DNA of 64,000 nt from Elusimicrobiota bacterium. GTDB taxonomy: Bacteria > Elusimicrobiota > Elusimicrobia > UBA1565. The position numbers were made by a program, and so were the translations under genes. The stretch lies in the NCBI GenBank assembly GCA_043819795.1, contig JBDREN010000049.1, positions 27,409 through 91,408 on the forward strand, given 5' to 3'. Shown here one piece after another: positions 1-10,200 of the stretch (its first letter is position 1; each line of letters begins with the position of its first letter). The notes below the pieces were generated by a model. The model made no database searches. It worked only from the letters and a program-made list of their open reading frames with translations, and was not told where the DNA came from.

Positions 1-1
1 G

Positions 2-61
2 CAGCCGCTCGCCCGGAGGATCCTCTCCGAAGCCAAGTCGCTATGCCGGCCGTCCGCATGA
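2..61 (+). CDS. 3' end of an upstream gene (partial)
   Basis: Open frame QPLARRILSEAKSLCRPSA* ends in TGA at 59-61, just before the AGGAGG RBS of the next gene; too short to identify. Confidence 0.3.
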   Translation, partial: QPLARRILSEAKSLCRPSA

Positions 62-80
62 CGGGGCAGGAGGTTTTAAG

Positions 81-2462
81 ATGACTTCTAGGGACGCGGC
101 CGGCGACGCCCCTAAGCCGCGCCGCAGGGCCGGCGCCGAGCCTTCGAGCCATCTCGCCGCCCTGCTCTGTCTCGACGAGCTCCGGGTGGGCCCCCCCAGG
201 CTCGAGCCCCGGAGACTGACGGTGCCCTATGCCGCGACCCGCGACGGCCGCGCCGAGAGCCTGGAGCTCGTCTACAAGTACGACGAGGACGTCTTCGACC
301 CCGAGGACGAAGGCCACCGCAACCTGGCTTCCATGATCGGCGCCCAGGTGGCGCTGAACTACGGCCTGTTCTGCCGGGGCATCCGCTTCGACGGGACCTA
401 CTCGGAGGCGGACCGCCGGTTCATCGTGGAGATGGCCGAGAACACGGCGCGGGAGATCCTGGTAAAGAAGCTGCTCCAGCCGAACCCGTTCCTCGTGCCG
501 GACTTCGCCCCGCTGCGGCCGGGGAAGCTCGATACGTACTCCCAGGCCCGAATCCGGTTCTCCTCCCCCGTGACGGGGGACCGTCAGGTGCCCTGGCAAT
601 CCTGGGAGACGAGCCACGAGCGGCTCGCGGTGCTCTCCAGCGGCGGCAAGGACAGCCTCCTGAGCTTCGGCCTGCTCCAGGAGCTCGGCCGGGAGACGCA
701 TCCCATCTTCATCAACGAGTCCGGCCGGCACTGGTTCACCGCGTTCAACGCCTTCAAGCGGTTCAAGGAGGATGTGCCCCTCACGGCCAAGGTCTGGACC
801 AACGCGGACCAGATGTTCTCCTGGATGCTGCGGCGGCTGCCGTTCATCCGCCGGGACTTCTCCGAGGTGCGCTCCGACGACTACCCGATCCGTCTGTGGA
901 CGGTGGCCGTATTCCTGTTCGGCGCCCTTCCGCTCTTGCGCCGGCGCGGCATCGGCCGCCTCGTCATCGGCGACGAGTACGACACGACGCGCCGCAGGCG
1001 GCATCTCGGCATCCGGCACTACGACGGCCTTTTCGACCAGAGCCGCTACTTCGACAATTATGTGTCGCGCTACTTCCTGGGCAAGGGCTGGGCCGTGAGC
1101 CAGTTCTCCCTGCTGCGCCCCTTGTCCGAGCTTCTGGTCCAGAAGACGCTGGTCGAGCGCTATCCCGATCTCCAGAGGCTGCAGGTCTCCTGCCACGCCG
1201 CCCACATGCGGGAGGGGGCGGCGCGGCCCTGCGGCGGCTGCGAGAAGTGCCGCCGCGTGGTCGGGATGCTCCTGGCCGCGGACGCGGACCCCTCGCGCTG
1301 CGGCTACACCCCGGCGCAGGTCGAAAGCTGTCTCTCCCAGATGGGCAGCAAGGGCGTGCATCAGGAGGAAGCCTGCTGGCGGCACGTGCTGTTCCTGCTG
1401 CGATCCAAGGGGCTCCTCCGCCGGGAAGGGCCCCTGATCGCGCGGGCGGAGGAGAAGCCCGAGGCGCTCAGCCTGCGCTTCGACGGCGAACGCGCGCCCC
1501 TGGACGCCGTCCCCGTGGACCTGCGCCGCCCCCTCTACCGCATCCTCCTGGGCCACGCCGCGGGCGCGATGAGGCGGGTGGAGCGGCGCTGGGCGCCCTT
1601 CGACCTGCTGGCCGACCGCGGTCTCGCGAAGACCTACCCCTTCGAGTTCGAGACCAAGCGTCAGCCGGGGGAAGGCGCTCCCCGCAGCTATCTTTACGGC
1701 GAGCTGACCTGGCCCGAGATGACGGAGAGGCTGCGGAAGGTCGACCTCGCCCTCCTCCCCGTGGGCGCGATCGAGCAGCACGGGCCGCACCTGCCGCTCG
1801 ACACCGACGCATTCGACGCCGCCTACCTGGCGAGCCGGGTCGCCGAGGCGTGCGGCAAGCCCCAGCCCCTGGTCCTTCCGGGCATCCCATACGGCGTCTC
1901 GTATCACCACGACGAATTCAAGGGCACCGTGAGCATCCGGAACGGCACGCTCTCCGGCCTCGTCTACGACGTCGGCATGAGCCTGGCCCGCAACGGCATC
2001 CGGAAGCTCGTCATCATCAACGGCCACGGCGGGAACAGCCCGGCGCTCAACTACGCCGCGCAGATGATCAACCGCGACGCCCGCATCTTCGTCTGCGTCG
2101 ATACCGGCGAGACCAGCGACGTGGACATCAACGAGCTGATCGAGACGCCCAACGACGTGCACGCCGGCGAGATCGAGACCAGCACGGCCCTGGCGGTCCG
2201 GCCGGAGCTGGTCCGGATGCGCCTGGCCAAGCGCTCCGTCCCGAGGTTCTCCAGCCGCTATCTCGACTTCAGCTCGAAGCGCAGCATCTCCTGGCACGCC
2301 CACACCAAAAGGATCTCCGAGAGCGGCGTGATGGGCGACCCCACGCGCGCGAGCCGGGAGAAGGGCCGGCGTATCTGGGAGATCATGGTCGCCCACCTGG
2401 TCAACCTGGTGGAGGAGCTGAAATCCTTGAGCCTCGAAGAGATATGCCAGCGCCGCTACTGA
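81..2462 (+). CDS. Fusion protein: N-terminal PP-loop ATPase (QueC/MurL-like) plus C-terminal creatininase-family amidohydrolase
   Basis: SSGGKDS PP-loop; SCH...PCGGCEKC Cys cluster; C-terminal LLPVGAIEQHGPHLPLDTD, NGHGGN and HAGEIETS creatininase motifs; RBS AGGAGG. Confidence 0.85.
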   Translation: MTSRDAAGDAPKPRRRAGAEPSSHLAALLCLDELRVGPPRLEPRRLTVPYAATRDGRAESLELVYKYDEDVFDPEDEGHRNLASMIGAQVALNYGLFCRGIRFDGTYSEADRRFIVEMAENTAREILVKKLLQPNPFLVPDFAPLRPGKLDTYSQARIRFSSPVTGDRQVPWQSWETSHERLAVLSSGGKDSLLSFGLLQELGRETHPIFINESGRHWFTAFNAFKRFKEDVPLTAKVWTNADQMFSWMLRRLPFIRRDFSEVRSDDYPIRLWTVAVFLFGALPLLRRRGIGRLVIGDEYDTTRRRRHLGIRHYDGLFDQSRYFDNYVSRYFLGKGWAVSQFSLLRPLSELLVQKTLVERYPDLQRLQVSCHAAHMREGAARPCGGCEKCRRVVGMLLAADADPSRCGYTPAQVESCLSQMGSKGVHQEEACWRHVLFLLRSKGLLRREGPLIARAEEKPEALSLRFDGERAPLDAVPVDLRRPLYRILLGHAAGAMRRVERRWAPFDLLADRGLAKTYPFEFETKRQPGEGAPRSYLYGELTWPEMTERLRKVDLALLPVGAIEQHGPHLPLDTDAFDAAYLASRVAEACGKPQPLVLPGIPYGVSYHHDEFKGTVSIRNGTLSGLVYDVGMSLARNGIRKLVIINGHGGNSPALNYAAQMINRDARIFVCVDTGETSDVDINELIETPNDVHAGEIETSTALAVRPELVRMRLAKRSVPRFSSRYLDFSSKRSISWHAHTKRISESGVMGDPTRASREKGRRIWEIMVAHLVNLVEELKSLSLEEICQRRY

Positions 2463-2478
2463 GCCGGCCGGGGCCGCG

Positions 2479-3549
2479 ATGAGGATCGCCCGCTGCGAGG
2501 CCTGGCTCGTGGAGATGCCCCTGTCCGAGCCCTACGAGATCGCCTATGAGAAGGTCGACAAGGCTCGAAACGTGTTCCTGCGCGTCGAGACCACCCGGGG
2601 GACCTCGGGCTTCGGCTGCGCGGCGCCGGACCCGAACATCACCGGCGAGACCGTCGAGCAGGCGCTGGCCGCTCTGCGGGACGCGGCCCCGCCCGTCCTG
2701 AAAGGGCTCGATCCCCTGCGCCCGGTCATGGTCATGGAGCGGTTCAAGGTGTCTCTTCAGGCCTTCCCCTCCGCTCGCGCTGCGATCGACATGGCGCTCC
2801 ACGACATCTTGGGAAAGGAAGCGGGGCTCCCCCTGTGGAAGCTCCTGGGCGGGTTCCGTTCATCCTTCCGGACCACCGTCACGCTGGGGATCATGGGCGT
2901 CCGCGAGTCCGTCGATAGGTCCCTGGAGATGGCGGCCCGCGGCTTCAAGGCGCTGAAGATCAAGGGGGGGCTGGACGCGGAGCAGGACGTCGAGCGGCTG
3001 GTCCGTATCCGGGAAGCGGTGGGGCCCAGGATCGAGCTGCGATTCGACGCCAACCAGGGCTATACGGCCGAGCAGACGGCGCGGTTCCTCCGCCGGACGC
3101 GCCCGGTCAAGCTGGAGCTCATCGAGCAGCCCACGCCGAGCAAGGACCTCGACCAGCTGGAGCGCGCGACCCGGATGGCCTCGATCCCCGTGATGGCCGA
3201 CGAGAGCCTCATCAACCTCCGGGACGCCTTCCGCCTCGTCCGCAGGGGCATCGCGGACATGGTGAACATCAAGCTGATGAAGTGCGGCGGCATCACGGAG
3301 GCTCTCAACATCAACTCGGTGGCCAAGGCCGGGGGCTACGAGGCGATGGTCGGCTGCATGGACGAGTCGGCCCTTGCGATCGCGGCCGGCCTGGCTTTCG
3401 CCCTGTGCCGGCCGAACGTCGCCTATGCGGACCTGGACGGACACCTGGGCCTGGCGGGCGATCCGTTCGAGGGGTCGGTCGTGCTGAAGGAAGGAGTGCT
3501 CTATCCCACCGGGGCTCCGGGCCTGGGCTGCAAGGCGCCGCGGTCATGA
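2479..3549 (+). CDS. Dipeptide epimerase (L-Ala-D/L-Glu epimerase-like, enolase superfamily)
   Basis: KIK motif, DAN/EQP/DES metal ligands, NIKLMK, C-terminal DLDG signature. Confidence 0.9.
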   Translation: MRIARCEAWLVEMPLSEPYEIAYEKVDKARNVFLRVETTRGTSGFGCAAPDPNITGETVEQALAALRDAAPPVLKGLDPLRPVMVMERFKVSLQAFPSARAAIDMALHDILGKEAGLPLWKLLGGFRSSFRTTVTLGIMGVRESVDRSLEMAARGFKALKIKGGLDAEQDVERLVRIREAVGPRIELRFDANQGYTAEQTARFLRRTRPVKLELIEQPTPSKDLDQLERATRMASIPVMADESLINLRDAFRLVRRGIADMVNIKLMKCGGITEALNINSVAKAGGYEAMVGCMDESALAIAAGLAFALCRPNVAYADLDGHLGLAGDPFEGSVVLKEGVLYPTGAPGLGCKAPRS

Positions 3550-3586
3550 AGAAACACGACACCTCCTCCTGCCCGCGCCGCGCGGC

Positions 3587-3784
3587 CTAATCCTTTCGAT
3601 CCAGATCCTCTTCGGCCACGTCCTTCTCCTGCGCCCCCTCGTCCTCCTCGGCGGCATATTCGTCCGCCGTCTGCTCCTCCTCCTGCGGCGTGTCGTCGTA
3701 CGCTTCCTCCGCCGGGCCGCGCGCGCAGCCCCAGGAGGCGGACATCAAGACCCACATCGCGAACAACACTCCAAGCTTCCTCAT
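3587..3784 (-). CDS. Small acidic lipoprotein (65 aa)
   Basis: Strong RBS (AGGAGGAG) before ATG 3784; MRK plus hydrophobic stretch plus SWGC lipobox; mature part very D/E-rich. Confidence 0.65.
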   Translation of the reverse strand: MRKLGVLFAMWVLMSASWGCARGPAEEAYDDTPQEEEQTADEYAAEEDEGAQEKDVAEEDLDRKD

Positions 3785-3803
3785 CCTCGATTCTCCTCCT
3801 CCT

Positions 3804-4178
3804 TCAGAGGGGGGCTCTGGCGCCGTGCTTGCGGCGCGGCGCGGGCCGGCCGCCCTTCTTGTTTCTCGCCGGCCCGGCATCCGAGACGGTCCCGACGCGG
3901 AAATACCTCGACTTAGTCCTGCATGATCGGCCGTCTCCGCCTCCGGCCATCCGGGCCGCCAGCTTGTGCCTTCCGGGCCGCCCCGCCATCCAGTCGAACC
4001 ACCAGTAGCCCACGGAAGGCCGGCAGTCCTGCCACGGCCCGTCATCGATAGATACCTCCACCGGCTTCCCGCCGGGGGAGTCGATGCGGACGGTGTAGTC
4101 GCCCGGGGCCACCATCTCGTTGAACCTCGGATAATCCACGCGGATCGTCCCGCGCGCCGCTACCTCTTCCATCGGCAT
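3804..4178 (-). CDS. Hypothetical protein, possible small beta-sandwich domain
   Basis: RBS before ATG; beta-rich globular sequence (IRVDYP...VEVSIDDGPW...GYWWFDW) with basic tail. Confidence 0.6.
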   Translation of the reverse strand: MPMEEVAARGTIRVDYPRFNEMVAPGDYTVRIDSPGGKPVEVSIDDGPWQDCRPSVGYWWFDWMAGRPGRHKLAARMAGGGDGRSCRTKSRYFRVGTVSDAGPARNKKGGRPAPRRKHGARAPL

Positions 4179-4256
4179 CCTCCTCGCCTCCTTATGCGGC
4201 CTTGCGCGACGGCTTCCGCCGTCCCTGAAATCACGTCGCGGTCCGGCTCCCCTGAT

Positions 4257-4949
4257 TCACAGCGTCCTCTCCGGAGGTCCCTCTTTGCCCTCCTCTTGGG
4301 GCGGAGGCTCTCGGTCCTGGCCGCCGCGCGGCTGGCGTTTCTTGACGGGGACGGGCGGACGGTCCCGCGGGCGGTCATCGGGAGCCGGTTGCGCGGAAGA
4401 CGGCGCCGCGGGCTTTAAGGGGATCCTTTGGTGGTCCGCCCCGTAGCCGAATCGTTCCTCGCCGTCCACGCTGAAGAGCGCCTTGTCGGCCACGCGCCAT
4501 GCCCCGTCCGTCCGGGCCAACGTGAAGTCCACCACCGCGCGGACGGGACGGTCGTCCAGCTCCAGGTCGCTGGGCTCCATGAACTCCGCGCGGAGGATGT
4601 ACTTGTCCGCGCTTACCCGGCGCATCCCCGCGGGATCGATCCTCTTGAACTCCAGGAAGTACGTCTGATCGAAGGCGCCATCGTCGACGGGGAATAGTCC
4701 GCTGCCCTCGTCGACGGCATTCCGGATATGGGCGAGAAGTTCTTTGCGCAGGCTTCGCCGCAATTCCGAGTCCTCCGCGTTCGGCATCGGCGCGGGCTCT
4801 TTGACCGGGCTCCGTCCGGCGCCGCCGTCCGGCGCGGGCGCCGGACTCCGGGCGTCACCGTCGCGGGCTCGGGCATCGCCGCCGGGGAGCGCCTGCTGCC
4901 CCGCCACGGCGGCCGCGAGCACGGCGATCACGACGAGGCGATTCTTCAT
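4257..4949 (-). CDS. Hypothetical secreted protein
   Basis: Signal peptide MKNRLVVIAVLAAAVAG, Pro-rich linkers, central globular domain. Confidence 0.6.
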   Translation of the reverse strand: MKNRLVVIAVLAAAVAGQQALPGGDARARDGDARSPAPAPDGGAGRSPVKEPAPMPNAEDSELRRSLRKELLAHIRNAVDEGSGLFPVDDGAFDQTYFLEFKRIDPAGMRRVSADKYILRAEFMEPSDLELDDRPVRAVVDFTLARTDGAWRVADKALFSVDGEERFGYGADHQRIPLKPAAPSSAQPAPDDRPRDRPPVPVKKRQPRGGQDREPPPQEEGKEGPPERTL

Positions 4950-5015
4950 TGCGCGCCGCTGTTTCCCGATGTGCATATTTACACTACGCGGTTGACGGCG
5001 GGAAGTTCCGGAGCG

Positions 5016-5052
5016 GCCTGCCGGTCAGCCTGCCGGTCAGGCCTGCCGGTCA
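5016..5052. repeat. Three near-tandem copies of GCCTGCCGGTCA
   Basis: Copies at 5016-5027, 5028-5039 and 5041-5052 in a divergent intergenic region. Confidence 0.85.
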
Positions 5053-5165
5053 GGGCGCAGGGCACAGGGTTGCCAAGCCGCTCCCGCAAGGTTAGAATCC
5101 GGGGGACGGCGAACGGGGTCTATGGCGAGCCCTGAGCCCGCGCCTTCCGGCGCAGGAGGAATACG

Positions 5166-5795
5166 ATGTTCATGAAGTTCAAGAAAGCCCTCTATAAAAA
5201 TTTCATGGCCGGACTGCTGGTGGTCGTGCCGATCGGCGCGACCTGGATGATCCTGCGGTTCGTGGCGCGCAGGCTGGACGCCGTGCTGCCCCTGCCCGTC
5301 CCGGGCCTGGGCGTGGTGGTCGTCCTGGTCGTGATCGTGCTCGTCGGCGCGCTCGGCAGGCTGTTCGCCGTGCGCAGGGCGATCGACCTTGGCAACCGCT
5401 TCCTGGCCAGCGTGCCGCTGGTCAATAAGATATACGAGCCCTTGCGGCAGATCCTGCACTTTCTGCTGGCCAAGAAGCCCCATGCCTTCGGGCAGCCGGC
5501 CCTCATCGAGTTCCCGCGCAGGGGCATGCGCAGCCTGTGCTTCGTGACCGGGGCCGCTTCCGGGTCCGTCCGGGAAGCCATGGGCGAGGACTCCGTGCAC
5601 GTGTTCTGTCCGACCTCGCCCAATCCCACCTCGGGCTTTCTCCTCGTCGTCCCCCGTAGGGACGTGGTCCTTCTGAGGATGGGCGTGGAGGAGGCGCTGC
5701 GCCTGATCCTCTCCGGGGGCATGGTCGGCGCCCAAGCCGCGCAGCCCAGGGCTCAAGCCGCAGGCGAGGAGCGCTCGCACGAGAAGCCCGATTGA
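5166..5795 (+). CDS. DUF502 family membrane protein
   Basis: FMAGLLVVVPIGAT, VPLVNKIY, IEFPR and PTSPNPTSGFL motifs. Confidence 0.85.
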   Translation: MFMKFKKALYKNFMAGLLVVVPIGATWMILRFVARRLDAVLPLPVPGLGVVVVLVVIVLVGALGRLFAVRRAIDLGNRFLASVPLVNKIYEPLRQILHFLLAKKPHAFGQPALIEFPRRGMRSLCFVTGAASGSVREAMGEDSVHVFCPTSPNPTSGFLLVVPRRDVVLLRMGVEEALRLILSGGMVGAQAAQPRAQAAGEERSHEKPD

Positions 5796-5911
5796 CGGGC
5801 CCGTGGTTGGGCCGGCTCGTCCGTTGTCCGCCCGTCGGGAACTTCTTCACCGAGGCTCCGTAGTGCAGGCAGGACGCCTTCGGAGCGGGATGATTATCAG
5901 GGAGGATCCAT

Positions 5912-7225
5912 ATGCCCACGCGCACGTTGGCCGTTGCCGCCGTCCGGCAGCTGATCGAAGCCGATCCTAGACGGGCCGCGTTCTTCCTAGAGGGCCTCGA
6001 CATCAATGATGCGGGAGCCATGCTGGCCGCCTTGCCGCCGTCCTCCGCGCGCCGCCTCTTCAAGCACCTCCAGCCCGCCTTCGCGGGCAGGATGCTGAGC
6101 GCCTTGCGGCCGGACAGTGTCGCCGCGGTCCTGGAGAGTGTCGAGCCCGAAGCCGCGGTCGATGCCTTCCGCTCCATGGAGAACGGGGTCCGTCAGACGG
6201 TGCTGGGCGCTCTTTCCGAGCAGAGGAAGATCGCGCTTCAGGAGCTGTTGGCCTATCCGGAAGGGAGCGCGGGCAGGCTCATGAGCACCGACGTCGTGTC
6301 CTTCATCCAGGGGACCAAGGTGCGCGAAGTCATCCAGAGGCTGCGCGCGGCCGTCAGGAAGGGCTCGTCGCCGACGTACGCCTACGTCGTCGATGAGGAC
6401 CGGAAGCTCAAGGGGGTCCTGGTGATGCGGGACCTGCTCTTCGCGGATTCGGGCGCGCCGATCGAGAGCGTGATGAGCCCGGGGGTCAAGGCCGTATCCG
6501 GCTTCACGGACCGCGAGGATTTGGTCCAGCTGGCCAAGGAGAGACGCTACCTCTCGGTGCCGGTGGTGGACGCGGACGGACGGATCCTCGGCTCGGTGCG
6601 CATGGCCGAGCTCCTGGAGTCCAGCCAGGAGGAGGCCGGCGAGGACATCCAGCTCATGTTCGGCGGGAGCGCGGACGAGAGGCCGTTCTCTCCGGTCTCG
6701 TTCAAGCTGGCGCGAAGGCTGCCGTGGCTCCATGTGAACCTCGTTACGGCCTTCATGGCCGGGGCGGTGGTGGCCCTCTTCGAGGGACTGATCAGCCAGC
6801 TGGCCGTGCTCGCGGTGTTCCTGCCGATCATCGCGGGGCAGGGGGGCAACGCCGGGACCCAGACGCTGTCCGTGGTCCTGCGCGGCCTCATCATGCGGGA
6901 GATCCGGCCCCGGGACGCTTGGCGCGCGATCGTCAGGGAGTCGGGGGTGGGCGCGATCACCGGCCTGGTCACGGGCGTGGTGACCGCAGGCGTGGCGTGG
7001 CTGTGGAAGGGGAACCTGTTTCTGGGGCTCGTCGTGGGGCTCGCCATGATCGTGAACCTGGTCGCGGCGGGGGCCGCGGGCGCGGTCATACCGCTGGCCA
7101 TGAAGAGGCTCGGCTTCGACCCGGCCCAATCCTCGGGCATCATCCTTACCACGGTGACGGACGTCGTCGGTTTCTTCGCCTTCCTGGGCTTCGCGTTCCT
7201 GTTCCGGAGCCGGCTCATCGGATGA
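5912..7225 (+). CDS. mgtE: Magnesium transporter MgtE
   Basis: MgtE N-domain, CBS pair, RLPWL, GGNAGTQ, DPA and TTVTDVVG membrane motifs. Confidence 0.93.
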   Translation: MPTRTLAVAAVRQLIEADPRRAAFFLEGLDINDAGAMLAALPPSSARRLFKHLQPAFAGRMLSALRPDSVAAVLESVEPEAAVDAFRSMENGVRQTVLGALSEQRKIALQELLAYPEGSAGRLMSTDVVSFIQGTKVREVIQRLRAAVRKGSSPTYAYVVDEDRKLKGVLVMRDLLFADSGAPIESVMSPGVKAVSGFTDREDLVQLAKERRYLSVPVVDADGRILGSVRMAELLESSQEEAGEDIQLMFGGSADERPFSPVSFKLARRLPWLHVNLVTAFMAGAVVALFEGLISQLAVLAVFLPIIAGQGGNAGTQTLSVVLRGLIMREIRPRDAWRAIVRESGVGAITGLVTGVVTAGVAWLWKGNLFLGLVVGLAMIVNLVAAGAAGAVIPLAMKRLGFDPAQSSGIILTTVTDVVGFFAFLGFAFLFRSRLIG

Positions 7226-7238
7226 GCGCGCGCCGCGA

Positions 7239-10200
7239 TCACCGGAAGGCGAAGTTGAGCAGGATGTCGATGACGTACGTGCCGTCGCTCGAGTCGCGGC
7301 CCTCCAGGCTCCAGCGGGGCGAGAGCGTGTAACGCGCCTCGACGCGCCTCTGCCCCGCGGGTCCCAGCGTCTGGCCGTAGGTCACGAAGAGCCGCTTCGT
7401 GAGATACTTCCCGGCGGTCACGTCCGCTTCCCGCGCCCCCCTGGCACGCACCTGGAAGGTGTCGATCTTGGCCTTGCGGATGACGTGCCGATGGAGGCTC
7501 CGGGAGACGTACTCGGTGAACAGCCGGGCCGCTTCCTCCCGCTTCTTCTTGGAGTCGCTCTCCGATCCCAGATCGTAGACGGGCTTTCCCAGGGTGAGCA
7601 TGGAGATGATGTCGCGCTGCTCCATGGGGGGCTCCGAGCTCAGAGACACGACGGGCCGGCTGGCCGTGCCGCTCAGGTCAAGGAAGACCTTGGCCCGCGT
7701 GCCCTGGTCCACGTAGACGGCTCGGACGTCGATGGTGGGATCCGGGGGAGCCGCGCCCGAGAACTCGGCGCGCCCTTCCCGGATATCGAACGGCCGGCCG
7801 TAGATGACGTAGCGGCCCTGCAGGGTCCGCACCGCGCCCAGGATCCGGGCGGGCTCGCTTTGCTCTTTCTTCACGAGGAGCTCGCCTTTGGTCTCTATGT
7901 CGCTCGCGCCCTGCCGGAACCAGGCGTTCCTGTCGAAGCGCACGCGCAGGTCGAGCTGCAGCGGGGACATCTCCGCCCGCGCGGAAGCCTTCAACTCCCG
8001 GGCCCCGCGCGCGGGGGCGCGCGGGGAGGCCGGAGCCTCGGGCTTCTTGGGGGGCGGCATGAATTCGGCCTCGGAGAGCGCGATCGTCCCTCCCACCCGG
8101 AGGGCTTTCCAGGCTCCTTTCAGGCCGACGTCGAGGTCCGCCTCTCCCGAGAGGCCGGCCTCGGAGCGGAAAGGAAGGTTCCGCGCCGAGACGAGTAGAT
8201 CAGGCCCGTCCAGCCCGGCCTCGCCGGACAGCGTCAGGGTCCCGCGCGGCTCCTCTATCTTCCGTTCGAATATCCCGGAGAGCCTTCGGGCGACGCGCCG
8301 CAGCAGGCCGGCCAGCGGCGGCTCCTGTCCCAGAGGGACCGCCGATCCCCGCAACGACAGGGCCGGTCGTCCTTCTCCAACGGCGCTTAGGGTCACGCCG
8401 GTCAGCGTTATCCCGGCCGCGGGGATGCGGACGGCTTCCGCGCGCAGAGCCGCCTCGCCGTCGCAGAACGGCGCGCCGGCGCGCCGGCCGACGCGCATCC
8501 GCCCCGAGAGCCGGCTTGACTCCGGAACGATCGCGTCGGACCAAGCGGCCAGGGGAGCGGGATCGAACCCGTCCGCTTCCAGGTCCACGAGGAAGTCGGG
8601 GGTCTCGCCCCCGCCGAAAGCCAGCGGCGCCGTGCCGCGGAGGGTCAGCGTTCCCCCTCCGGATTCCCAGAGCAGAGTCTCGACGCGCAGGGTCTTCCCG
8701 TCGGAGGAGAGCCTGCCAGAAATGTCGCCCAGCGGCCGTCTCCGCCAATGCCCGTCTCGGAGCCGGAAGGCCGCCTTCCCCGACGGCGCGGACAGCGCGC
8801 CTTTCAGCTCGATCGCGGCGTCCACCTCTCCGTCCAATGGGACCGTGCGGACGCCTATGTGCCGCAGAAAGGCGGGGTCGAAGCCGGACGCGGTCATCCG
8901 GAGGCGCTCGAAGATGGTCCCCCTCGCGGCCGCGTCGACCGCGAGCCGCGCCTTCCCATCCGAGACCGCGAGGCTCGAGACCGACCAGGCGCCGGACCCG
9001 ATCTCGGTCTTGAACGGCGTCGAGCTGCGGTATACCCGCCCCGCGTATGCTTGAAGCTCTTTCCAACGCACGGTCCAGACGCCGCCGGCGAGCGCGCCGC
9101 TCCCTCTCGCCGCCAAAGTACCGCCGGAGACCGCCGCCTCCCAATCGGTCGTGTGCGAGGAGGTCGAGCCTGAGAGGGATACCCGCGCCTCATCCAGGGA
9201 GACCGCCCCGGCGCGCAGTCCCGCCGCGACCACCCGCACGTCCATGACGGCCGGCCGCAAGCCGCGGCCCGCGGCGGTGAATGCCGCGCTGGAGAGGCGG
9301 ATGGTTTCGTGGTCCAGGCCTTCCATCCGGCCTTCGGCCCGCCATCGCAAGGCCGGCCACGTTCCGGAGACCGATCCCGCGGCCCGCATCCCCGCCGCCC
9401 AGGTCCCGGCCAGGCGTCGGATCGCGGCCGCGTCCGCCTCCAGCGTCCAGGTCGCCCGAACGACGCCGGACTCGAAGGAGCCTAGGGAGGAGGCGGAGGC
9501 TCCCGCCGTGGAGAGCTCCACGCGCCAGTCCGTTCTTCCCTCCGCCGTATGTCCCTTCGCCTGGAGGCGGAGGCCTCCCTCCTCTTGCAGATCGAACAGG
9601 CCCGCGGATATTCCTCCCGGACCGGGACCGCCGCCCTTTGCCTGGAGGTCGCCGGAGACGGGCGCGATCCGGAAAGGCAGGGCGATCATCAAGTCGGCCG
9701 GGTCCAGCCGGGCCAGGTTCCCCTGGAAATGCCAGGCGTTCTCCTTGTCCGAGCGGGCGGCGACAGAGAGCGACGGTTTCCGTCGCTTCTTGATCTCGGC
9801 GTTGGCCTTCCAGCCTTCCGCATCGCGGGTCCACCGGAAGGACCCCTCGATGTCGCGGTCCCAGCGCAGGGTCGTGTTCACGGAGAGAGGGGCAAAACCG
9901 ACCGTGCCTGTGGCATTCATCTCCCGCCCCGCCATGCGCCACGTGGCTGATTCGAGGTGAACGCGCTCTTCGTCCACGCGCAGGCGGGCGTCCAGACGTT
10001 CGATCCGGCCGGGCAGGATCGCGGAAGGGGGCTCCCATATGATGGCCCCCTCCTGGATGCTGGCTCGGAGGAGGGATATGATCCAGGCCGGCTTCTTGCG
10101 CGCGGAAGAATCCGGCAGGGATGTTTCCCCGGGCGGTTTGAGCCGCAGGGTCGGCCGGGTCAGCGCCAGCGATGTCACGATCACGCGCTTGCGCAACAAA

